Positions 14,903 to 27,273 of a stretch of DNA of 64,000 nt are shown here, in pieces. The DNA comes from Octopus vulgaris (lineage: Eukaryota), in NCBI GenBank assembly GCA_951406725.2, contig OX597830.1, positions 73,408,001 through 73,472,000 of the forward strand, written 5' to 3'. The notes under the pieces were generated by a model. It was given only the letters and a program-made list of their open reading frames with translations. It did not search any database and was not told the DNA's origin. The position numbers and the translations under genes were made by a program. Positions within the stretch are counted from its first letter, which is position 1, and every line of letters begins with the position of its first letter.

Positions 14903-15791
14903 TTAAATACCATCTACCTTTAATTCTTCCCTTGTTATAGTCATACTATGTCACCACATTAAAGGGTTTAATCGATTAAATCGATCCCAGTACTATATTC
15001 TTAATTTCTGGTACTTATCCTATCAGACTACTTCGTCGGAATGGAAGAATCGTCAGACCGTTGGAAGAAAGAAAGAAGTTTTAGATATTTGTAAATGGTT
15101 CTTTTCTTACGTTAGAGGTGAAATTTGTCGTTAATACTTCCAGGTTTAGGTTGATAAAATCATATACCAATCAAACAGAGAAAGAAATAGATCGATGCAA
15201 TCATTTAAACTCGCCCTTTCAGAACTACCGCCGCTAGGTGTTTCGTCCGTCTTTACTTTCTGCGTTCAAATACCTTCAAAGTCTTAGCCTTTCATCTTAT
15301 CGGGATCGATGAAATAAGCACCGTTCTAGCAATGAGGGCAATGTAATCAACCAGGCCCCCTTCCACAAAATTTCAGGTCCTTTTGCCTATAATAGAATGG
15401 ATTACTGTTAATACTAGTGTTAGTAGTAGGGCTTAGCTCGCTGGAAAATGGTTTGAAAGCAGTTCTCGTTCTTTAGATTCTGTGTTCAAAAAATTCCGAG
15501 ATCACCTTTACCTATCATACTTTCAGGGTCAATAAAATAAAGGACCAAGCCAATACTGGAACCAGTGTAATCAATAAAACGCCGGTCCCTTTAGAGATGG
15601 CGCTGAGCATGAGCCTGAAATGCAAATATTATATAAAGTCCCTTGTATATGCACGGACACACATGCGCACAAATATGCTTACATACGAAAATATACACAC
15701 ACACACACTAACTCATCAATCAAGTCAATCTCGCACCACTTCTGAGTGTGTGTGCGCGTGTGTGTTTGCACATGCATATACATATACATAT

Positions 15792-15850
<59 letters not shown>

Positions 15851-15871
15851 TATATACATATATATATATAC

Positions 15872-15929
<58 letters not shown>

Positions 15930-16376
15930 GTATATATATATGTGTATATGTATATGTATATGCATGTGCAAACACACACACACACACACACATATATATA
16001 CACATTTTAGTGTGTATTTCTCTACGTCTTCTCAACAACAGCTGTAGCAAATCGAATGCCCGCTTTGCTCAGCTGTCTTCCACTCATTGCAATAATGTAC
16101 AACAATTACCATCCATAAATCAATCACATACTCTAGTAAGGACGATGATATAATCATAACTGCGCTGATACTGATGTTGACGACGATGATGATGATGATA
16201 ACGGTGTTGGTGGTGATGATAGTGATAGTGGTGGAGGTGGTGGTGGTGGTGGTGCTCTCGATGCCAAAGACTTAAAGCATTATTCATTAAATCAATAAGA
16301 ATGCAAAAGAAAAGCATCAACACGAAAGATTAATGTATTTATTACTTTGGTCCGGGGGACGACATGAATATATATG

Positions 16377-16409
<33 letters not shown>

Positions 16410-17044
16410 GTATATGTATATATGTCAAAATGGCCTAAAGACAAACAAACTGTCGTATGTAGATACATAAATTAGAGAAGAACAACAAAGTGTATATAGG
16501 AAATATATACATATTTTGACGTAGATAGGAATCAACACTCAAACACGGCCTTGTATATGTATATGTATGTGTGTATATTTCTGTGTGTGTGTGTGTGTGT
16601 AAGAAGGGGGGGAAAGTAAATCGGGAAAAGTAAAATTCTTTACTTCAACTGAATTGTTCTTTTAGTCATTATTATTATTATTATCATCATCATCATCATC
16701 ACCATTATTATTATTATCATTATTATTATTGTTGCTTCAAGTCTCGCAGTGCTTGGTTTTTCAGGTGAATGAACGTCTCGTTGCCTTATTTATATATTTA
16801 ATTACAAGGACGTTCGTAGAGCATTCATAACGGAGGATTGTATCAGAGCTGTAGGATTAAGGTTAGGTCTTCTGTAGCTCCTCCCTATGTTCACCTTCAA
16901 GACTGAAACCTGAAGGCTTAGGTTTAAATTTTACTACCGTCAAAAGAACGTAGACATTACACGAAATGTATGCAGAAGTCCCTTGTTCAATTCTTTAGCA
17001 ATACTGTCGCTCAACCAGTTAGATACATTGCTTGAAATATTATA

Positions 17045-17279
17045 ACCTATTTCTTTATTACCCACAAGGGGCTAAACACAGAGGGGACAAACAAGGACAG
17101 ACATAGGTATTAAGTCGATCACATCGACCCCAGTGCGTAACTGGTACTTAATTTATCGAGCCCGAAAGGATGAAAGGCAAAGTCGACCTCGGCGGAATTT
17201 GAACTCACAACGTAACGCAGACGAAATACCGCTAAGCATTTCGCCCGGCGTGCTAACGTTTCTGCCAGCTCGCCGCCTT
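17045..17279 (-). mobile_element. SINE family A, full length with TSD
   Basis: 13-bp TSD TTGAAATATTATA at 17032-17044 and 17280-17292. Confidence 0.92.
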
Positions 17280-18558
17280 TTGAAATATTATACCGTTATG
17301 GCCACGCCTGGATGCCTTTCGACCTTGAGGTATGTTCATGCCTTAGATTAAGCAACAGCAATGACTACAAGTGACAGTGAAATGGTGGAAGTGTTTAGGT
17401 ATCAGAACAAACTCCTTATGATATATAGACCGGGTTCAATTTTCGCCGAAGCCAGGTTTATTGGGTTTTTTTTAATGGTTTTGTGATCCATAAATAAAAT
17501 ACGTGAATTGGGTGGTGTTTGGAAAGAAGAGTTGAAGCGTCGAACAGTTTGCTTCGCAATAATAGTATTAGTCTTAAGTGTTCTGCGTTCTAATCTCTTG
17601 TTTGCCCATATTGGAATTCATGCTGGTGCAAGCAGGAGAGCCAGATACTTTCCCCTCTAATCTTCCCTGGACCCCACTCATCTAGTTTCTGGAGAGGTAG
17701 GTAACCACTGCACTCTCTGCTCTGAATAAGCAACGGAAAAATTGAATAAGGGAGACGAAATCAGCGACGATTTTTAGGCCTACACAAGTCCTTAGAAAGA
17801 GTACTCCATGTCGACACTGATCGCAAAGTATTCCATATGATAAGCTACTAAATATCAGAATACACAGTATGGTACTAATCTTGGTGTCATCACGAAAGAT
17901 TTGGGGTCAACCGCTCTACAGATCCCATTTATTCTTTTGAGGAGTGCCTCGAATCATCGACGTCAGTTCTAAGATTGTTGGCCAAATTGCTAAATATTAG
18001 CAGCTAAACCTCCTTCAAATACTACATCTTTTTACTATTTCATATCTTATATTTTAAAAGCCCATCCATGCCCATCATGTCCTACAATCAGTTTGGGCGG
18101 CTTTTTGTGGAATGCTAAAATGGAGTTTGTTAGTTCCTGAGAAGAAAATGTTTCTTCGAATAGTACTCTGTGGCTCTCATATAGCGTAGCATAGACTCCA
18201 TTTTGTATGTGGACGTGTAGGCATCCGTATGTCTGTGCATGAGTATGTGAGCGAGAATGTGCGCATGTGTGTGTGTTTCTATGTGAAGGAGTGTGTGCGC
18301 ACTTATGAGAGACAAATTGTGTTCGTGCATTTGTGTGTGTGTGCGTAAGAGTGCGTTCGTACATGTGTGCGCGGGGATGTGTTCGTGGTAATGGAGTGAG
18401 GTGCAGATAAACAGAAAGAAAACAATCGACTTAGTGACTTGGTTGCTAGTTTATCGACTTCCGGAAAACGAAAGATAATGTTGCTTTTGATGGAAATTCA
18501 ACTCAAGTTCAAAGATCCTGAATAGACATTGCGGGCTGATCTGCTTGTCACTCTAAAC

Positions 18559-20560
18559 CAAAGGTCACCAAACTTATTTCGCAGCGGGTCAGATAGCCGA
18601 GAGAATGTCGAGCGCTGGCAGCATAACCACTTTGTTTAACACAATATAGTGAATACACAAAACATAGAGACAACCAACATATTTATTTACCAAAAAGTCA
18701 TCAAAGAATGTGATGTTAACCTTAAAATAGTTATATCACACCAGTGCGCATATATCCGAATTTTGTTGTCTGTTCCTTCTCGAGCCATGCCTGGCTCATA
18801 AGGGCCAGTTTCCCGGTTTCATTGGCGTATAGGTTCCCCACCTGGACAGGACGCCAGTCCGTCGCAGGTGAGCAGCAAGATGCAAGAGGAAAGAGTGAGA
18901 GAAAGTTGTGGCAAAAGAGTCAGCAGAAGTTTCGCCATTACCTTCTGCCGGAGCCGCGTTGAGCTTAGATGTTTGGCTCATAAACACACACATCATCCGG
19001 TCTGAGATTCGAACCCTGGATTCCTCGACCACGAGTCCGCTGCTCTAACCACTAGGCCATGTGCCTCCACACGTATCCGAATCTCACAAACTAAGCAGCA
19101 AAAATGGTTAGTGAGATTTGTGAAACTGCTGTTTAGGTTTTAAGATATCAATATTTTCTTTGGAATTGCTGCATCCAACCAAGAGAATTCCTTTCAGTTG
19201 GTCATCAGTCAAGCTCGTTCGATGCGCTTACTGCACAGATATAAGTTGTTCCAAACACTGATGCCATGCCAAAGGCAAATGTCTTCAAATTTGAAAACTC
19301 ATCATCAGGTAAACAACGATAAGATTCAACAAGTTTTCCTCCTCTGTGCTTCTCTTTCAACAAGTTAATTGCTTGCAAATCAATTAGCATCATTTGTACG
19401 TCATCAAGTTTGCAATTAAATGGATTCTAGAACAGAAGAATGTCATTCTCAATCTTGTCGAGATCTGAAAATTCCTGCAAATAATGCTTATTTAAATCGC
19501 GAATAATCTTCTTCGGGAACTAAAGGTTGAGATCTTTTTGCGATTCCCGCGCGAAGCTCTTTAAAATACTGAAAATGAGAGAAGTTTCCTCCTTCCAGTT
19601 GTACTTGAAACAATGATAGCTTTCTCTGAAATCTTTTGATGATTCTGTAGAGATCACAGATAAGGTTATCCTTTCCCTGAAGTTTCAAGTTCAATTCATT
19701 CATCTGGGATGTGATGTCAACTATAAATGATAACTTTGAGTGCCAAGGAAAGATCTGACAGAAGTGGATCAGTTCTATCCTTTTCAGTAAGAAGAATATC
19801 TATTACTGTTCGGAGATTTAAAAAAAAACAAAAAACGAAAGAGGATTTTATCGCAGCTGAGCCACTTAACTGCTGTGTGATAAGGTAACTCACAGAATTC
19901 AGAATCAATTTCATCAAGTAAAGCCTAGGACTGGCGGTGATTAAGGGCATGACCCCGAATGAAGTTCACCGCAGAACGACTGGTTTCAGTTCGCAAGAAA
20001 TACCTGTCTTTCCCACAGAGTGCTTGGTGATGTATAATGTAATGTATCAAAGAGCAGCCATGTTTTTACCTACATCAAGTGTAACACATCGAAACCGATT
20101 CCGCTGAAGGTTATAGCCTTGCAAAATTTTCTGCACTTCCATAAAAATGTCTTCTCCAGTTGTTGTTCTGCGCACGCTGCAAATGGATGCCAAATCCTTT
20201 GTGATCTGAAAGTCCAAATTGACATCACGAATGAATACGAGAAGTTGTGACATATTCGAGAGATCAGTAGACTCATCCAACACCGGAGAATACCGCAAGT
20301 AGTTCCTAACTTTCTCGCGTATCTGTAGCACTATGTTCTCTCGAAGTTCTTCAGTTCTCCGCACAGCTGAACTTGCCGAAAGGTTGATACTTACGAGCAA
20401 CACAAGTCATTTGCTGCTTCCATCATACACTCTTTGGTGAGGTTGTCGCTCTGCCATCTTATGCACTATTTTGTCACTTATAGGTGTGACAGATTCATTT
20501 TCAGCAAACATTCTCGTGAAGAGAATGTTTAAAAATGGCAATGCAAGTTAAAACATAATC
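18559..20560 (-). mobile_element. Decayed hAT DNA transposon (Charlie/Buster/SPIN, GTF2IRD2-like transposase pseudogene)
   Basis: Minus-strand fragments: TKECMMEAANDLC, VLDESTDLSNMSQLLVFIR...TTTGEDIF...VTLDVGKNM, HYIIHQ, NELNLKLQGK, FGTTYIC, with stops and frameshifts. Degenerate Charlie-type end CAAAGGTCACCAAACT at 18559 is preceded by an NNNTANNN site CTCTAAAC (18551-18558). The other TIR was not found. Confidence 0.85.
18766..19070 (-). mobile_element. SINE family C, tail type 2, inserted in the hAT element
   Basis: TSD core TATCCGAAT at 18753-18761 and 19074-19082. Confidence 0.9.
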
Positions 20561-21458
20561 TCTGCACGAATGAACTCTCGTTGCAGGTACTTGCACAAAA
20601 ATGCAGCAGCGGACTGGATGAACTGACCTCACGGTACAGATCGGTGATCAGAGAGGCGATTCAAGTTGAGTTGCTACTCGTTCGAACTGAGCGATCACAG
20701 CTATTCAGTGTTGTACTAAGACTAAAGGACCGTGTAGTGACTGATATATCAAATATAAACAAGATTGTCACAACTAGAGCGCCAATAATCATAAGTCTGC
20801 TTGATTAAGGCTAACCCAGGGCTAAATAACAAACAACTAGACAAAAACAAAATAAAAAGCGTATCGAGTAGAAAGCCAACCAAAATGACCCTTGCATATA
20901 CTAGAAACTTGAGGGTACAATAAAAGAAAAAATGGTGTTGGTGGTGGTGGTGGTGGTGGTGGAGAGTCCTGGGAGAAAGAGAGAAAGAAAAAGGGAGAGT
21001 AACAATCAGACAAATACAGAGATAGTCAAATAAAAGGGTATAGATTGATAAGACATGCAGGAGACCCGAGCCTTTTGTCCTGCTATGCAATCTGAAACGA
21101 AGATTTGTCTCTATTTATTTATTTATTTATTCATCTATTCAGTAATTCTCAAGTTATTCAGATATTCTTGTTCTGCATTGAATCGCTTGACGTTTGCGTT
21201 TGTTAAGAAATCATATACATATACATACATACATATACATGAATCGCTTGACGTTTGTTAAGAACTCATACATATACATATACATACATATATATATATA
21301 CATACATACGTATATATACATACATAGAAAACGCATATATGTATGCATGTTTGTATAAAGATGTGTATGTGTATAAGTATGTATGTATTATGTATGTATG
21401 TATGTAAAGCTGTATATGTGTGTGTATGTGTATGCATGAGTTCTTAACAAAAGCTAAC

Positions 21459-21535
<77 letters not shown>

Positions 21536-22406
21536 CGTAGTGGGAGAGCTAGTGAAAAGAAGAATGAAAACAAGGCGAAAGAAAGCAGATTGTTTTGACA
21601 AGGGCGTGTATATCGCCACTTTTTCAACACGTCAGTACCACGTCCTAACCAACCAGCCTCCTTAGATATAATAAATGAAGGAAACGAAAAGAAACAAGAG
21701 AGAGAAAAATAAATATAAAAAAAAGCAAGGAAGGAATTGGGGTAGAGGTTGTAAAATGTTAATGCCATTTTTTTTCTAAGTTGCTATGCGTATTTTTTTG
21801 TCTTCGCCTCTTATTCTTTCGTTGTTTTTGTTTTTTCAATGAGGTTGGAGGTTTCTCATTTTACCAAGTGTACTGAAAAACTTTTCCTCCTTCCTCTCCA
21901 AATACCCTTCGACAGTCGCTACAAAATGCATCCAATTTCTTCCCGTCAGTCCAGCCAATCCATTCATTCATGTAAACCCGTCTGTCTTTCCATGCCTCCA
22001 TCCAGACACACGTCCAATCAGCCATCTTGCTATACATCCATTCACACATACATGCATACATACATAGAGACGGCCGGACTCCTTGAGTGACTGATGGACA
22101 GACAGACAGACAGTCAGATAGATGCCTAAGAGGCAATCTGGAAAAGTAGGGGTTTTCTGAAAAGGAAATCAACTAGCTAACATGCGCAATACAAACACAA
22201 TCAACACAGCATGTAAGCGGAACAGTAAAAATATGCAAGACCTTTATCAAGTTTTAAAACGTTTCTACGTTCTGGTGATAGAGCTTTATATCTTTGTTAT
22301 AAACGAACTCCTTCCTTATAAGAAGACTTCAACGAATTAAGAAGGGAGCAAACGTACATACATACATACATACATACATACATACATACATACATACATA
22401 CATACA

Positions 22407-22439
<33 letters not shown>

Positions 22440-22460
22440 GCATGCATACATACATACATA

Positions 22461-22616
22461 GGCGCAGGAGTGGCTGTGTGGTAAGTAGCTTGCTTATCAA
22501 CCACATGGTTCCGGGTTCAGTCCCATTGCGTGGCATCTTGGGCAAGTGTCTTCTACTATAGCATCGGGCCGACCAATGCCTTGTGAGTGGATTTGGTTGA
22601 CGGAAACTGAAAGAAG
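22461..22616 (+). mobile_element. SINE family B, 5' half
   Basis: GGCGCAGGAGTGGCTGTGTGGTAAG...GAAACTGAAAGAAG, truncated at the palindrome. Confidence 0.88.
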
Positions 22617-23440
22617 TTCGGAATTACAGACGCGTCTGTAATTCCGAACTTTTCCATATATTGTTCGCCAAAGTTCCTTTAATAAATACAATGGTCGAGA
22701 AATCCTTTAGGTGCATGCACTGGCAAAAACACACCTTTCACTCATATGAATAATGATTAATATAGATAACCTCCTTGAATTTTAATAATATAATCCCATT
22801 TATATATCACCTCCATAGTTAATTTTTATACTCTTAAAGGACTACTACCCAATCCATTGAGGTATGTTTTACCTTTGTCTCTCTACCTCCCTCCTCTCTC
22901 TCTCTCTTTCCCTCTCTCTATCGTAAGCACAATCAAACACACAGACACAAACCTGTCACTTCATCACTGTCTATTTTTGGCATCTACCCAACCACACACA
23001 CAATCACCCACACACATACACATTCATAGACATTAATGCAGTTATATACATACACACACATAGGCACTCATTCACAAAAGAAAACAACAAAATCACCATT
23101 CATATTACCTGCACCCTATCACCTTCCTATTCTTAGACCTACCTCCTCCAACCTTGTTTGAACCCTTGAACCTTCTAGAATCTTCTACATTCAACCATTT
23201 TTGACGTCACTGCTTATAACGGAATATTTTAAAGAAACACTCATTATCGCTATGGGCTCCGTGTGGGCAGTCATCTAAAAGTGTTTGTGCATCTTGATGC
23301 TGACATAAGTCCCTTGTTTTTGCTGATGAGAAGGCGGCATAATGCACCCCTTATTCCTTCGAAACATAATATGCAGCCTTCGAAACATATGTCGAAAATA
23401 AAGGAATTTTGTTAATTCGTCGTTCAACTCCATTCTTTCA
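22617..23440 (+). mobile_element. Probable Penelope-like retroelement 3' end / pseudo-LTR with hammerhead motif
   Basis: Truncates a family B SINE at a 38-bp palindrome. Contains TGACGTCA (23202-23209) and TATAA (23215), then a hammerhead motif (23323-23393), and ends in (TA)n. No recognisable RT or GIY-YIG ORF remains. Confidence 0.55.
23311..23404 (+). ncRNA. Type I hammerhead ribozyme motif
   Basis: CUGAUGA (23323-23329). Stem II GAAGGC-G-GCAUA / UAUGC-A-GCCUUC. GAAA (23382-23385). Palindromic helix III ACAUAUGU. GUC cleavage triplet (23391-23393). Interrupted helix I CCUUGUUUUUG / GAAAAUAAAGG, whose first pair is a G-G mismatch. Confidence 0.75.
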
Positions 23441-23495
23441 TTTATATATATATATGTTATATATTTTATATATATATATATATTATATATATATA

Positions 23496-23552
<57 letters not shown>

Positions 23553-23554
<2 letters not shown>

Positions 23555-23962
23555 CGTAGGAGTGACTGTGTGGTAAATAGCTTGGTTACGAACCACAGGG
23601 TTCTAGGTTCAGTCCCATTGCGTGGCACTTTGGGCAAGTGTCTTTTACTATAGCCTCGGGCCGATCAAAGCCTAGTGAGTGGATTTGGTAGATGGAACCT
23701 GAAAGAAGTCCGTCGTATATATGTATGTGTGTGTATGTGTGCGTGTGTGTCCGTCCGTTTGTGTGTCCGTGTTTGTCCCCTAAACATCGCCTGACAACCG
23801 ATGCTAGTGTGTGTGTGTGTGTGTGTGTGTGTCCGTAACTTAGCTGTTCGGCAAAAGAGACCGATAGAATAAGTACTAAGCTTACAAAGTCCTGAGGTCG
23901 ATTTGCTTGACTTAAGGCAGTGCTTCAGCATGGCCACAGTCAAATGACTGAAACAAGTAAAA
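23553..23962 (+). mobile_element. SINE family B, full length
   Basis: Complete head, internal (TG)n and tail. Confidence 0.9.
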
Positions 23963-24192
23963 TAATACATATATATATATATGAGAATGAAACATTTGGC
24001 GAGTAAAAAAAGCGTAAAATGATACTAAAAAAATAACTAGGAAGCAGGAATTAAGTAATCAAATTCATTAGTTTCTCCGAAGAAGCTATAAAGTGACGCA
24101 TGGGTTTACAGCTCCGAGTGCATTGCATCCCTTAGCAGAAACAGTTGTAAGCTAATGCGGTTGATTACGTTGTTCCGATCCCTTGTGATTTC

Positions 24193-24231
<39 letters not shown>

Positions 24232-24705
24232 GGGGTATTCTGAGCAAATATACATAGCTATGTTCACTACCCAACATATGGAGTTTTATATCGGGAAAAC
24301 CATTTTCGTATAACGTTAAACTACTATATTTTTGTATGCCTTTGTGTGTGTGTGTGTCTTCTTCCATGTGTATGTAGGTGTGTGTTTCTAATTTCTTCTA
24401 CATGTAAATATACATATAGATATATACAATACATAAATATATATATATATATATGTCTATATACATATATATATATGTATATATACATATATATTTATAT
24501 GTGTATATATTTATATATAAATATATTTATGTATATATACACATATACTTATATATGTATGGATATATATAAAACTATATATATATATATATAAATATAT
24601 TTATGTATATATACACATATACTTATATATGTATGGATATATATAAAACTATATATGTATATATTTATATATTCACACATATGTAACTATACATATGTAT
24701 TTATT

Positions 24706-24738
<33 letters not shown>

Positions 24739-25557
24739 TTATTTATATATATATATATATATTTATGCACACACACACACATACACACAAACACATAGTG
24801 TGTGTGTACATATAAAATTGAAATCATTTTCTTTGATGTCATTGAACTTTATTATTCGTGACTGAGAAGGGTTAAAACGATTTCCTTCAAACGTTCAATA
24901 CGATATTGTCTGCAGTTTTTCATCTCAATATACTGCAGTCAAAGGTTAGGTTATTTAACAGAGAGAGGAAAAAAAAAGCAAAGTGTTTTGTTCTCAGATA
25001 AAAATTTTCATCAAAGAGTAACAGTCTGTTCTTGGCCATTTTAAATGTAATTATATCTATTTTTAGCATTTATATTAGTTGTAGAACGTACGTACGTATT
25101 GGTCTGTATATACGAAAGCCAGTGTAAGTGAATGGATGTGTGTGCGTGTATACAAGTCGTTTTATTATAGAATATAGAAACTGTGAGAGACGTGAAGTTA
25201 TTCGTTTTCAAGTGTGGAACTCGAAGTAGATGAAGCTATAAATAACAGACTGGTTTAAAAATACCGTGTGTGTCTCTGTGTGTTTGTGTGTGTGGGTGTT
25301 TATGTGTGTCCTTGTGTGCGCATATTCGCTGGTGTGTTTCTTTCTACTTTGTACATATTCAACTTTGCATTTTGCTGAAACTTAGAAAAGTCTCATGCCT
25401 TAGAAGTTCAGACCGATACACAGACACACACACAAAACACATCATACACAGAGCGAGACAAATAGATAATTAGATATCTGTGTGTGTGTGTGTAAAGACT
25501 CATGTGCTTGTCTTGTACTGTTCTCTTCCTTCTCTCTAGACTTCTGTCTCTTTCCTC

Positions 25558-25591
25558 TTTCTGACGAGGAGCTTAGGCTCGAAACGTCAGA
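25558..25591 (+). ncRNA. Minimal hammerhead ribozyme motif
   Basis: UUU-CUGACGA-G-GAGC(UUAG)GCUC-GAAA-C-GUC-AGA: intact core boxes, 4-bp stem II, loop-less palindromic helix III (ACGU), 3-bp helix I. Confidence 0.7.
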
Positions 25592-25697
25592 TCCCTTCTT
25601 TTTTTCTCCACATCTTAAATTTTCCCTGAGATTCAATCTAATACATTCACTGTATGCCCCACTTGGCTTTTATAGTTTTCCTGCTTTTATTATTGAC

Positions 25698-25756
<59 letters not shown>

Positions 25757-26237
25757 CATAACTTGAACGAGCGTTTTATAGAGAGGGAGTGAATGTTTAG
25801 AAATTTCTTGTTTCAATTCTCAAGCCTTTTCCCGTATTCGGTTAATTGAAACTGAGTTTTACGAAACTTATATTTTCACTTCAATAGATTTATTTTAGCT
25901 CTCCACTTGGGAAAGTCTCTCCTACTTCTTTGCACTTGAATGCTTACACCTACCCCGCAACACATACACAAACACGCAATGTGTGTGTGTGTGTGTGTGC
26001 AGGCATACGTATAGCATTTATGGGTGGGCGAGCGTTAGTTATTTGGGAGAAGTAATATGTCAGTAGTTATATTTATATTTAATTCTATTAAAATACGAAT
26101 AAATCAATTTAATTTAACACTATGACAAAGTTAATATACCATTTCAGTGACGGATTGTTCCATAAGAAGCTTTTACAGATATATACGTTTATAAATAGGT
26201 TTATTTGAGTCAAATATCTATAATTGCATATGTAGGC

Positions 26238-26325
<88 letters not shown>

Positions 26326-26331
26326 CTACAT

Positions 26332-26401
<70 letters not shown>

Positions 26402-26407
26402 ATATAG

Positions 26408-26509
26408 TTAATCCAAACAAGTAAACACAAAAAAAAACAAAAAAAAACACAGCAACGCGAGGACGTGGAACAAATAAAGTATTATTGGACGCTCAGGAAA
26501 GGAGGGAAG

Positions 26510-26510
<1 letters not shown>
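26408..26510 (-). mobile_element. Truncated copy of the 8559-8761 element
   Basis: AGTTAATCCAAACAAG...CAACGCGAGGACGTGGAACAAA...GTATTATTGGACGCTCAGGAAAG shared with 8559-8650. Embedded in (TA)n. Confidence 0.85.
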
Positions 26511-26566
<56 letters not shown>

Positions 26567-27187
26567 AGTACGTATTTATGAATGTACGTGTGTATGTATG
26601 AATCTATGTATGTACGTACGAACTTATGTATGTATATACGTATGTATGCGTGTATGTTTGTGTCCATATGTATTTCTGTCAATCTATCTATTATCTATTA
26701 TCTATTTATCTATCTGTCTAACTATATACCTATCTATCTATCTATTTGTTTATCTATCGAGACATATTCGGGCGGATGTTTAATGAAAGAATGGATCTTT
26801 TCTACTCTAGGCGCAAGACCCGAAATTTTGGGGGAGGGAGCCAGTCGATTAAATCCACCCCAGTATGCAACTGGTACTCAATTTATTTTTAATGAAAGAA
26901 TGAGAGATAATGAGACAGGGGCGGAACAAAGGAACAGAAAAGTTGATGGACAATAGTAGAGCAGAAGTGAAAATCGAATATATAGTGCGCATGCGTATTT
27001 GGCAAGAAAAGAAAAAAAAGCAACATTATTGAATTTATATGCAACGTCAACATATATTCGAACGCCTGCAGCAAATGACTGAAATCTGTCTGTCTTTCTT
27101 TATATGTCTACAGAGAGAGAAGTGAGAAAGATATGCACACGCACATACATACACTCTGAGACATACATCCACATGCACACATACACG

Positions 27188-27219
<32 letters not shown>

Positions 27220-27222
27220 CAT

Positions 27223-27273
<51 letters not shown>

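Noticed and set aside
24510-24660. ~80-bp tandem duplication in TA-rich sequence (also 21180-21262)
   Set aside because: Ordinary slippage within low-complexity DNA.
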